Below are positions 25,509 to 33,435 of a stretch of 39,271 nt of DNA, piece by piece. The stretch is taken from positions 1 to 39,271 of the IMG/VR virus record IMGVR_UViG_3300046382_000011; one strand, written 5' to 3'. Within the stretch, counting starts at the first letter, position 1. The number at the start of each line of letters is the position of its first letter. A model generated the notes under the pieces. The model saw only the letters and a program-made list of their open reading frames with translations, did no database searches and had not been told where the DNA came from. This DNA comes from a virus. Its lineage: Duplodnaviria > Caudoviricetes. The translations under genes and the position numbers were made by a program.

Positions 25509-25997
25509 TTATCGACGGCGGTCGCCACCGCGCAGCACGCGGTCTTGAGCCACCTTGTAGGCGTTTTCGTTTGCGCCACTGATGTTGTTTTCGTGATCCC
25601 AGGTGCGGGCCACGATTTCCTTCACGCTGCGCAACACGTCCGTACTGAATTCATACGTCGTGCCATGCACGTACTGCTGACCGTTCAGGCGGATATCGAT
25701 GCCGCCGCACGGCGCGAGATCGATGCGATACCACCAGAGGTCTTTTCCATCTTCCGTGCGGCGCGAGAAACGCTCCGTCACGTTGGCGGTAAAGAGCGAC
25801 GACTGGGCCTGAGCAGACAGACGCGCGGATTCTTCTTCCGCGATCAACCGACCGGCGGTCGATTTCGCCAGTTCGGCTTCAAGCGCCGCGATGCGGGCTT
25901 TAAGCTGTTCCGGGGTTTCGGCGCCGGTAACTTCCGGCTTGTCGTCATCTTCAAAAACCCCCTCTTGCGAGGGGGCGTTAGGCGTGCGCGGGGGCAT
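25509..25997 (-). CDS. Hypothetical protein downstream of the capsid
   Basis: AAGGAG RBS; operon position. Confidence 0.7.
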   Translation of the reverse strand: MPPRTPNAPSQEGVFEDDDKPEVTGAETPEQLKARIAALEAELAKSTAGRLIAEEESARLSAQAQSSLFTANVTERFSRRTEDGKDLWWYRIDLAPCGGIDIRLNGQQYVHGTTYEFSTDVLRSVKEIVARTWDHENNISGANENAYKVAQDRVLRGGDRRR

Positions 25998-26008
25998 CAA
26001 CTAACTCC

Positions 26009-27430
26009 TTACGGGGTGGTCACGGTACCGGCAGTATAACCCGGCGTGAAGGCGGAACCGGCTTCCACACGTGCGAGGAATGCCTGATTCAGGATGATCG
26101 AACCGTAGAACACTTTCCATGATACGACGCGCGTCTGGTTGAGCGGATCGCTCTTGTCAGCGCCCGTCAGGTAGTGGAACTCGGGGTTTTCGAGCAACAC
26201 CTGGCCGTACGAGTGGTTGCCGATGAAGATGGTCGGGAACACGCTCACGCCCGTGGCGGGAGCCGCCGGCGGCGTTTGCGCGACGCCAATACCCGTCAGC
26301 GTAACCGTCTGGTTCGGCAGAAGCTGCGTAGCCTGACCCGCCAGCGGACCGGTGACGGGAACACCGTTACCGATTGCCGTTGCCAGATTCGACGGCGTGG
26401 CCGACGTACCGATATACACGTTGAACACGTAGTTCGGCACGTTCGGGATCACGACCGAGATCGAACCCGTGGGGCCCGTGACGCTGATGGCGTTCGAAAC
26501 CTGATAGATGATCTGTTCGACCGACGTTTGCGCGGGCGAAGCCGTCACGATGATCTGGTAGCCGGCATTCGTTGCCAGCGTGCCGCCCGACGCCGATGCC
26601 GTACCCTGGATGGCGGCTGCTCCCGTCCAGTAGGGCATCATGTTCGATTCAACGAAGCGTGCGCCGTTGAAGGGCCCGAGTTCGTTGTTGTACAGACGGT
26701 TCACATCGCTGTACGACCACGCGTTCACCACCGTCGTGTTCTCGCGCATGTCCTGCGCCGACAGCGGATGGATGAGCGCGATGTAGTGTTGCATGACCGC
26801 TGGCGACTTCGACGGATCGCGATACGCGCCCGCTTCGATCATCATGTCTTCGCGTTCGTCGCCCATGAAGCGCGGGACGCCGTACGTGAGGAACGAACCG
26901 ACGATGCGGTTCGTTTCGTGCGGTGTCATCACGTCGGTTGCCAGCAGGTTCGCGCGCGACGCCTTGCCGTTCGCGTAGTTCACCTGCGTCGTGGCGAGAA
27001 GCGTGTTGAACGTATTGCGTTCCAGCGTTTCCGGCAGTTGCAGCGCGACCAGTTCGCATGCCTGCTGGAACAGCGGGTGCTTGATGGTCAGGTTGGCAAC
27101 GTCCGTGATAATAACGCGGTCGCCCCATTGCTGGGCCGTGGCCGAAACCTGTTGCAGCGTCATCGCTTCGCCGGGGGGCGCAACGCCTTCCTGCAACGGC
27201 GCGAACGGCAGCGGCAAGCGCTGGTAGCGCGAAGCCGTGTACGTCGTGCCACGGTTCGTGTCCAGCTTCAGCGGCTTGCCGAACTGGTACGCGACCAGCT
27301 GGCGGCGCGCGAGCGGTTCGACTTCTTCCTGAATGTACGCTTCAACGTCCGCCGTAAAGCTGGTGGACTGGTTGGTAATGCCCGGGAACAGCGAGGCCCA
27401 CAAGAGGCCCAATTTTTTGAGGTATCGCAT
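26009..27430 (-). CDS. Major capsid protein, N4-gp56 family (473 aa)
   Basis: PLQEGVAP, QWGDRVIITD, YIALIHP, ELGPFNGARFVESN, DKSDPLNQTRVVSWK; GAGG RBS before ATG 27430 (the ORF-track start at 27853 overlaps the scaffold). Confidence 0.9.
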   Translation of the reverse strand: MRYLKKLGLLWASLFPGITNQSTSFTADVEAYIQEEVEPLARRQLVAYQFGKPLKLDTNRGTTYTASRYQRLPLPFAPLQEGVAPPGEAMTLQQVSATAQQWGDRVIITDVANLTIKHPLFQQACELVALQLPETLERNTFNTLLATTQVNYANGKASRANLLATDVMTPHETNRIVGSFLTYGVPRFMGDEREDMMIEAGAYRDPSKSPAVMQHYIALIHPLSAQDMRENTTVVNAWSYSDVNRLYNNELGPFNGARFVESNMMPYWTGAAAIQGTASASGGTLATNAGYQIIVTASPAQTSVEQIIYQVSNAISVTGPTGSISVVIPNVPNYVFNVYIGTSATPSNLATAIGNGVPVTGPLAGQATQLLPNQTVTLTGIGVAQTPPAAPATGVSVFPTIFIGNHSYGQVLLENPEFHYLTGADKSDPLNQTRVVSWKVFYGSIILNQAFLARVEAGSAFTPGYTAGTVTTP

Positions 27431-27446
27431 GGTTTCCTCTTCGTGG

Positions 27447-28166
27447 TTAAATATTCGTGTTCGCGAGACGCTCACGACGCTTGTCCTGATCCGAGCGCCC
27501 CGAACGTGCCGGTACATCACTGCGAACTCCTGCCGACTTCCCGCGCGGCACTGCCGGTGCGGACGACTTGGGCTTTGCCTTAAGCTTGCCTTCAGCAATG
27601 TCCTTACCGAGCATCCAGTAGTACACATCCTCGCGCGAAGCCTGCTGACCGCGCTGACGTGCCTTCTGTACTTCTTCTTCCACCCGCTCCGTGTACTTCG
27701 CTCGGCGCGGTTCGCTCGCAATCTTCGACTCGAAGCGCGCACGGTCCGACATGTCTTGCGCCTGGAACATGGCCTGCTGCGCCTGGCGTTGCGTGTCGCG
27801 CAGCGTGCGGTTCGCCTGAATCTGCCAGCGTTCCATCTCCGTCGTGTCCGCACTGCGCAGGCGTTCTTCCTCGCGCTGGTACTCCGCGTCTACGGGCGCA
27901 GGCTGACTCGAAAGGCGCGCTTCCGCTGCAAGGCGGCCACGGCGTTCGACTTCAGCTTCCAGGCGAGCCAGACGCTCAGCAGAATCATCGCGGCGCGATG
28001 TGGCCCGTGCAGGAGGATCGTCAGGAAGGTCATCAGCAGGCAGATCCAGATCATCATCATCACTGGAATCAGATGCAGGAAGGTCATCAGGTAGGGGATC
28101 ATCGTCCGTTTCTCCGTCAATCCCCGGAAAAAGAAGGCCTAAGAGTTTTTTAAGCAGCTTGTTCAC
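27447..28166 (-). CDS. Capsid scaffolding protein
   Basis: Acidic N-terminal region, coiled coil, basic C-terminus; immediately upstream of the capsid gene. Confidence 0.7.
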   Translation of the reverse strand: MNKLLKKLLGLLFPGIDGETDDDPLPDDLPASDSSDDDDLDLPADDLPDDPPARATSRRDDSAERLARLEAEVERRGRLAAEARLSSQPAPVDAEYQREEERLRSADTTEMERWQIQANRTLRDTQRQAQQAMFQAQDMSDRARFESKIASEPRRAKYTERVEEEVQKARQRGQQASREDVYYWMLGKDIAEGKLKAKPKSSAPAVPRGKSAGVRSDVPARSGRSDQDKRRERLANTNI

Positions 28167-28175
28167 TTGGGTTCC

Positions 28176-28685
28176 TTACAGCAGCGTGAAGCCGCCGATG
28201 TTCTGGATAGTGGCCGTGGGCGTTGCCGCGTTGGTGATCGTAACGATAAAGTCACGCGCCGTGGCCGTCGCAATGGTCATCGTACCGCTGAGCGTCCAGC
28301 CTGCGGCGGTTGTGACCGTGACCGTTTGGCCCGTGCTATTCAGAATCCGGAGACCTACAGAAGAACCCGTCACGCCTTGCTGCGGCGTGAGAGTTGCAAG
28401 AAGGACGGCAACTGTCGGGAGGGTGAGCGCTACGCCTGCGCCCGCTGCGCCAGTAAGAGACAGGACCGTCTCCTCGGCACCCATGATCTGCGATTGCGTC
28501 GCAGTAAAGCTTGCCGTATTGGTCGCGGTATTGAACACCGTCGCCTGCCACGGGTTTTGCGACAGGATCGCGTTAATCAGACTGATCTGATCCGGCATAG
28601 AGCCGTTGTCCGCGATGACCGGAACCGCGCCCTGGATACCAGGGAACATTGTGCCGAGCATCTCGGCGGTAAGGATTTTTCGCAT
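28176..28685 (-). CDS. Putative capsid decoration/cement protein (169 aa)
   Basis: Thr/Ala-rich beta protein, LTLPT motif; head-module position. Confidence 0.55.
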   Translation of the reverse strand: MRKILTAEMLGTMFPGIQGAVPVIADNGSMPDQISLINAILSQNPWQATVFNTATNTASFTATQSQIMGAEETVLSLTGAAGAGVALTLPTVAVLLATLTPQQGVTGSSVGLRILNSTGQTVTVTTAAGWTLSGTMTIATATARDFIVTITNAATPTATIQNIGGFTLL

Positions 28686-28737
28686 GGTATTCCCCTGATT
28701 AGGCTTTCGCCGGTTATATAGCGTTTGTTTCAAAAAG

Positions 28738-30021
28738 TCAACGTACGCGCCGCGCGCGGATAAAACCGTTATTCGTTAGCGTACTCGTGGCAAATACCGC
28801 ATTGGCGACGAGAAATACAGTTGTCGCAGTTGTAAGGCTGATTCGTACGCGTGGCGTGCATTGATGCTGCGCCTGATTTGCTGCGGTAGTCACGCCCTGT
28901 ACGGCCTGAAGAGTGCCTACGGCAGCGAAAGTAGCAGAGGTCGTGCTGATACCCGTAAGCCACGCGGACATTGTTGTCGTTGCCGCCGGAAGATACTGGA
29001 CGGACCCTTCCACGTCCCAATCTCCTGCGGTTAGCGAAACACTCGTGGCGTTTTGCGGAACACCCGACGACATCGCGTTCCCGCTGTTCGTGTTCGTCGC
29101 GTACTCGCCCACGCTGCCCGCGTTCGCGTTGTTGTTCGTGGTCGTGCCGACAATACCGTTTAACTGGTCCGGCGTGAACGTGCCCGTGCTGCTTAGCGTG
29201 GTGAACGCGCCCGTGCTCGCCGCCGTGTTCCCAATAGGGCCAGGGGAGGCGAAACGCGCCGTGAAACCTGCGCCGCTAACCGCGCCGCTCGCGGCCAGTG
29301 TCGTGAAAGAACCTGTACCGGGCGTTGTCGCCCCGATATTCGTGCTGTTGATACCGCTTGAAGCGGTGAGCGTAGTGAACGCGCCCGTGGAAGGTGTCGT
29401 CGCGCCGACAGCCGTGCTGTTAATGCCGCCCGTCGCGCTGAACCCACCCGTGTGAGCCCATGCGCCCGTACCGCTGCTGGACGTGATACCGCTGATGCCG
29501 GATGCCTGGCCGCCCGTGATGTTCAGCGCGTTCACGAAACTGCCAAACGCGTCGTTGGCAAAACCGAACGCCAGAACCGTGCTTCCCCACGTGATGAACG
29601 CGTTTTTGTTGTTCGCGCTGCGGATCGAGTCGATAAACTGGACGGTCGGATTCGGGCTGTTATAAACCTGCGTACCCGTGGCGGTAACCGCCGGAATCGC
29701 GCCGCCACTTGCGAACAGGCTGGTACCCGCCACCGTGTTCGGTGTCGTGCCGCCGATTGGTGTGTTGTTGATCGTGCCGCCTGTAACCGCGACGCCTGAC
29801 ATCGTGCCGGAAGTCGCGTGCACCGCTGAGACAGTCGGGTTCGGGTAGGTTCCGGAAAGATCGCCGCCCGCCGGCCCCTGCGGCCCTGCCGCCACGATGG
29901 TGTTCAGTGCTACCGTCGTCTGCTGTGCAAGCGAGTTGATACCGGCCTGCACTTCTTCAGGCGGCACGTCGGTGCCCGCGCTGCGCACCCGGTACGGAAT
30001 AATCAGGAACTGGTCAGCCAT
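28738..30021 (-). CDS. Fibre-like virion protein with internal repeats
   Basis: GPQGPAGGDLSGTYPNPTV; four I(N)ST.IG.TTP.TG.FTTL-like repeats. Confidence 0.6.
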   Translation of the reverse strand: MADQFLIIPYRVRSAGTDVPPEEVQAGINSLAQQTTVALNTIVAAGPQGPAGGDLSGTYPNPTVSAVHATSGTMSGVAVTGGTINNTPIGGTTPNTVAGTSLFASGGAIPAVTATGTQVYNSPNPTVQFIDSIRSANNKNAFITWGSTVLAFGFANDAFGSFVNALNITGGQASGISGITSSSGTGAWAHTGGFSATGGINSTAVGATTPSTGAFTTLTASSGINSTNIGATTPGTGSFTTLAASGAVSGAGFTARFASPGPIGNTAASTGAFTTLSSTGTFTPDQLNGIVGTTTNNNANAGSVGEYATNTNSGNAMSSGVPQNATSVSLTAGDWDVEGSVQYLPAATTTMSAWLTGISTTSATFAAVGTLQAVQGVTTAANQAQHQCTPRVRISLTTATTVFLVANAVFATSTLTNNGFIRARRVR

Positions 30022-30349
30022 GAAGTGCCCTTAACCGTTTGCTTATCGACGGGCGCCCGCCGGGGCAGTGCGTCAGGAGATACGTTACAAGTCCCGGCCC
30101 GTAGCCGCATGTCTTGGCGTACTGGTCTGCCTCCAGTTCCTGCGCCTCGCACATCGCGAAGAACTTTTCCGTCTGGAAGAACGCGCGCAGCGTCACGAAC
30201 CATAGCAACCGCGTGCGCACGTGCCTGTGATGCAGGTGCCCGCGCTCATGAGCCAGTACCGCGTTCTGTTCGAACTTCGACAGGGAGTCGAACTGGCTCC
30301 CGGTCTGTATTGTGCCCCACGGCGTGACGCGTGCGCAGAAGTCTTTCAT
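30014..30349 (-). CDS. Small HExxH zinc metallopeptidase (M48/M56-like)
   Basis: AVLAHERGHL, QELEADQYA, P.ISKRL. Confidence 0.75.
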   Translation of the reverse strand: MKDFCARVTPWGTIQTGSQFDSLSKFEQNAVLAHERGHLHHRHVRTRLLWFVTLRAFFQTEKFFAMCEAQELEADQYAKTCGYGPGLVTYLLTHCPGGRPSISKRLRALHG

Positions 30350-32526
30350 CGCGGCCCCATCTGCGGGTCCTGCACCTGGTCCGGATGGACTGCTCCCGCC
30401 GGTTGCTGGGGACGCGGTACCCCCGGTTGCGCGCCAGGGCGCGGCGTTCCTGCTACCCCCGGACCCGCGCCGCCCGGTACGCCGGGTTGCCCCTGCGGCG
30501 CGCCAAGCTGTTTCTGCATCTTCTGGTTCATCGCCTGCTGATGTGCCTGAATGTGCGCGCGGAACAAGCCTTGCGGATCGCCAGTCAGCGTCGCGCCGCG
30601 CATATGCTCCGCGATGTGTCGCTGGTCGTCATCCGCCGGATGGACTTCCGCCGGCAAGCCGTTGTGCATCATCAGATTTTCATCAGACGGCTCGACGTGG
30701 AACAGGTTGCGCTCATCGATCAGGATGCGCGGGCCGACTTCCGGTCCGAAAATCTGCTCGGTTCCCATCTCCAGAATCGGGCCCACGTTCAGGCGTCTGC
30801 CGTCCAGCTGTTGTGGCGGGATGCCGCGTAGCACGTTCATCCACGCAATCATCTGCTGCATGCGCTGCATGCCCGTCTGGTATGCCGTGCCGCACCAGCG
30901 GAAGAAGTAGCGCTCGTTGAACGCCTGGACGGGAATCTCTTCCTGCTTCGCTCGCGCGCCGACTTCGCCCATCGTCACCACGGTCAGTTCCTTCGTGCGG
31001 AACTGGCGGTCCAGTTCGAACATACGTTCCAGCAGCGGATTCAGGATGCACCCTTCGTACCGCTTCGCGTGGTCGATGATGTTCGACTGCTGTTCCTGCG
31101 CCTGTGCGGCGGCCTGCGCCTGATTCTTCCGGCCCGCCGGCATCTTGCCGAGCATGGCGTCGTTCACTTCCATGCTCTCGTTGATCTGCGCCTTGATTGC
31201 CTGGCAGAGTGCGACGGCATCCTTGTAGATGGCCGGGAACTGCGCGAACTGCGTCTTCTGCGGATCGGTCAGCCACACGGCGGCGAGGCCCATCACCATT
31301 GACTGATAGTTGGGGTTAGCGAGCGGATCGGTCATCACGATAGGCAGAAGCGCGTACTGCGCGCTGTCCTGCCCCATGTTCCAGTAGTCGTTCAAGTTCC
31401 ACTGAAGGTACTTGACGGGTTCTACACGCGAAATGCCGTAGATAGTCCCCTGGATGCGCTCCACGGGGGCCGTGATGATCGGGCGCTTCTTCGACCAGAA
31501 CGGGTTACGGATGATGCCGAGAATGATTTCAGGGCCGGCGTAATAGACGAAGCAGGGCTCTTTCCCCCGGCCTTCCTCCAGCTCCAGATTCGTGTGCACT
31601 TCGTAGATCAGCGCGTACTTGTACGTGCCTTCCGTGCGCACGCCCGCGTCCGCCGTGCGTCGCTTGTTCGGAACGCGTTTCTGACGACCGCCATCCGGTT
31701 CGTTCAGGTTGTCCATGATTTCCTTCGCGTTCCAGCCGACGAAGACACCTTCATCGATGAACTGCTGGACGGATTCCTTCGACAGGCGCAGCCTTACCGC
31801 CGTAGCGGTCGCGCGCTCAATGTCGTTCACGGTTGGCGGGTAGACAGCAAGATCATCAACGGCCATCGGTGTGATGTCCGGCATCTCGTCAACAATCTCT
31901 TTCTCTTCAACGTCCCACTCTTCTTCAACGGTGATGTCTTCCGCCTCGACGCCTGCGGCTTCGTCCGTCAGGATTGGCGGTTTCTTCACGAGTTCCGTGA
32001 TGCGGCGCGTGGTCTTCATCCAGTCCACGTAAAGGCACCACTGCCCCGTCACGTCACCTGACAGCAGATCCGCGCGAACGATGTCTTTCAGGTTCGTCTT
32101 ACGAATGTAGTGTTCGAGAAGTGCGAGAGTAGGGAATGGCGTAACGCTTGCAGGTCCGACAGCGTCGACGTGCTTGTAATTGGCGGGAAATAAGGTGGCG
32201 AGAGTTCGCTTGCAACGAGCGTTGATAGCGTCTCGGACAGCCGGTATGTAGCACTGGCTGTTACCCGTATATTGCTGGTTTTCGTCGGGGCGCGCATTGT
32301 AGATGTTCCAGTATTCTTCAACCCAGTCGGACTGCTGCTGCTTGTTCTCGTAGCACTTCTGGATCTTCGGATAGAGCTTGCAGGCGTCGATATACGCATC
32401 GCTGCCCGTGTCTTCCGCGAAATTCTCCAGTTCTTCGCCCGTCTTTTCAGCGTCCAAAGCCCGTGAATCGAGGGTTTCGATTACGGGCTCATCGACCTTC
32501 TTTTCTTCTTTCTTTTTGCGCGCCAT
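30346..32526 (-). CDS. Portal protein
   Basis: 726 aa between TerL and scaffold; IYGISRVEP; helical with a Q/P-rich C-terminus. Confidence 0.8.
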   Translation of the reverse strand: MARKKKEEKKVDEPVIETLDSRALDAEKTGEELENFAEDTGSDAYIDACKLYPKIQKCYENKQQQSDWVEEYWNIYNARPDENQQYTGNSQCYIPAVRDAINARCKRTLATLFPANYKHVDAVGPASVTPFPTLALLEHYIRKTNLKDIVRADLLSGDVTGQWCLYVDWMKTTRRITELVKKPPILTDEAAGVEAEDITVEEEWDVEEKEIVDEMPDITPMAVDDLAVYPPTVNDIERATATAVRLRLSKESVQQFIDEGVFVGWNAKEIMDNLNEPDGGRQKRVPNKRRTADAGVRTEGTYKYALIYEVHTNLELEEGRGKEPCFVYYAGPEIILGIIRNPFWSKKRPIITAPVERIQGTIYGISRVEPVKYLQWNLNDYWNMGQDSAQYALLPIVMTDPLANPNYQSMVMGLAAVWLTDPQKTQFAQFPAIYKDAVALCQAIKAQINESMEVNDAMLGKMPAGRKNQAQAAAQAQEQQSNIIDHAKRYEGCILNPLLERMFELDRQFRTKELTVVTMGEVGARAKQEEIPVQAFNERYFFRWCGTAYQTGMQRMQQMIAWMNVLRGIPPQQLDGRRLNVGPILEMGTEQIFGPEVGPRILIDERNLFHVEPSDENLMMHNGLPAEVHPADDDQRHIAEHMRGATLTGDPQGLFRAHIQAHQQAMNQKMQKQLGAPQGQPGVPGGAGPGVAGTPRPGAQPGVPRPQQPAGAVHPDQVQDPQMGPR

Positions 32527-32747
32527 TATCCGATGACTTTTCCGGCCAGCTTGCGTGACAGGGGGCTACCCGTGTTGCGGTCCTTCGGCGTGCGCGCGGG
32601 CCGGTCATCTTCTTCCGGCTTCTTCGACGTGCGCCCGAACACCGTATCCGTCTTCTTGCCGCCCCACGGTACACCGTGGCGCAGTTCGACGGACTCCGAC
32701 CAGTTGCGCCCGTTGTTGCCGGCGCGATCCTTTTTCGACACTTTCAT
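32526..32747 (-). CDS. Small basic protein (73 aa)
   Basis: MKVSKKDRAG...KLAGKVIG; coupled to the portal start. Confidence 0.55.
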   Translation of the reverse strand: MKVSKKDRAGNNGRNWSESVELRHGVPWGGKKTDTVFGRTSKKPEEDDRPARTPKDRNTGSPLSRKLAGKVIG

Positions 32748-32881
32748 GCTGGCCTCTTCTTTGGTGCAATCTTGCGCTTCGCACCCATCGGCGGGAGTTT
32801 GGCGCCCTTGCCGGGCGTCTTGCGCGTGTCGCGCTCCCGGCCCTGGCTGCCTTCGCTCTTGTGGTGGTCGCGATAGCCCAC
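32744..32881 (-). CDS. Small basic protein (45 aa)
   Basis: GTG start; GYRDHHKSEGSQGRERDTRKTPGKGAKLPPMGAKRKIAPKKRPA; ATGA coupling. Confidence 0.5.
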   Translation of the reverse strand: MGYRDHHKSEGSQGRERDTRKTPGKGAKLPPMGAKRKIAPKKRPA

Positions 32882-32883
32882 GA

Positions 32884-33048
32884 TCAGCCGCCCATCTTCG
32901 CTTTGTGCTTCGACGTGCGCTCGCCGCGCATGGGCATTTTGCCCTTGCCGGGATCTTCCGAGCGTCCGCCCTTCTTGATAGCTTCAGGCGACGCCTTGAC
33001 ACCGGGGGCCGTATAAACCCGGTTCATCCGGCCTTTCTTGCCTTCCAT
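32884..33048 (-). CDS. Small basic protein (54 aa)
   Basis: AGGAG RBS; MEGKKGRMNRVYTAPGVKASPEAIKKGGRSEDPGKGKMPMRGERTSKHKAKMGG. Confidence 0.6.
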   Translation of the reverse strand: MEGKKGRMNRVYTAPGVKASPEAIKKGGRSEDPGKGKMPMRGERTSKHKAKMGG

Positions 33049-33272
33049 CACAGGCTCCTGTACTTGCGTTCGAACACGTCTTTCGGATTGAAGTATTCGT
33101 AGCCGTCTTCCTGTGTTACCAGGTAGTCGCCAGCCACAGGCTCATAGCGGGAAAGCATGCCCGCCTGTGCTTCGTAGTTCCGTCCATCTTCAAGTCGGAA
33201 CATCGCGCCCGTCACTTCAAGAATCCGCGTTGCGTTCACGCGAACCGGGTTCGCTTCATGAGTGAATTCCAT
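33048..33272 (-). CDS. Conserved-type phage hypothetical protein (74 aa)
   Basis: PVAGDYLVTQEDGYEYFNPKDVFERKY pattern common in phages. Confidence 0.7.
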   Translation of the reverse strand: MEFTHEANPVRVNATRILEVTGAMFRLEDGRNYEAQAGMLSRYEPVAGDYLVTQEDGYEYFNPKDVFERKYRSL

Positions 33273-33433
33273 TACAGACCATTCCGGCGCATCTTCTCGC
33301 GCATCGGGCCGCCTTGAAGCTTCTCAGGAACGCTGGTCGGCTTGCCGTGCGTGCCGCCTTGCTGCTCGCCCTTGTAGAAGGCGGTCGGGTTTTGCGTGGG
33401 GGCTTTCGGAACAATGGTACGGGAGACGGCCAT
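33272..33433 (-). CDS. Small basic protein (53 aa)
   Basis: GGAGG RBS; MAVSRTIVPKAPTQNPTAFYKGEQQGG...MREKMRRNGL; TAATG coupling. Confidence 0.6.
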   Translation of the reverse strand: MAVSRTIVPKAPTQNPTAFYKGEQQGGTHGKPTSVPEKLQGGPMREKMRRNGL

Positions 33434-33435
33434 GA

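Noticed and set aside
27431-27853. 141-aa N-terminal extension of the capsid ORF
   Set aside because: Overlaps the scaffold gene in another frame; there is a good RBS at ATG 27430
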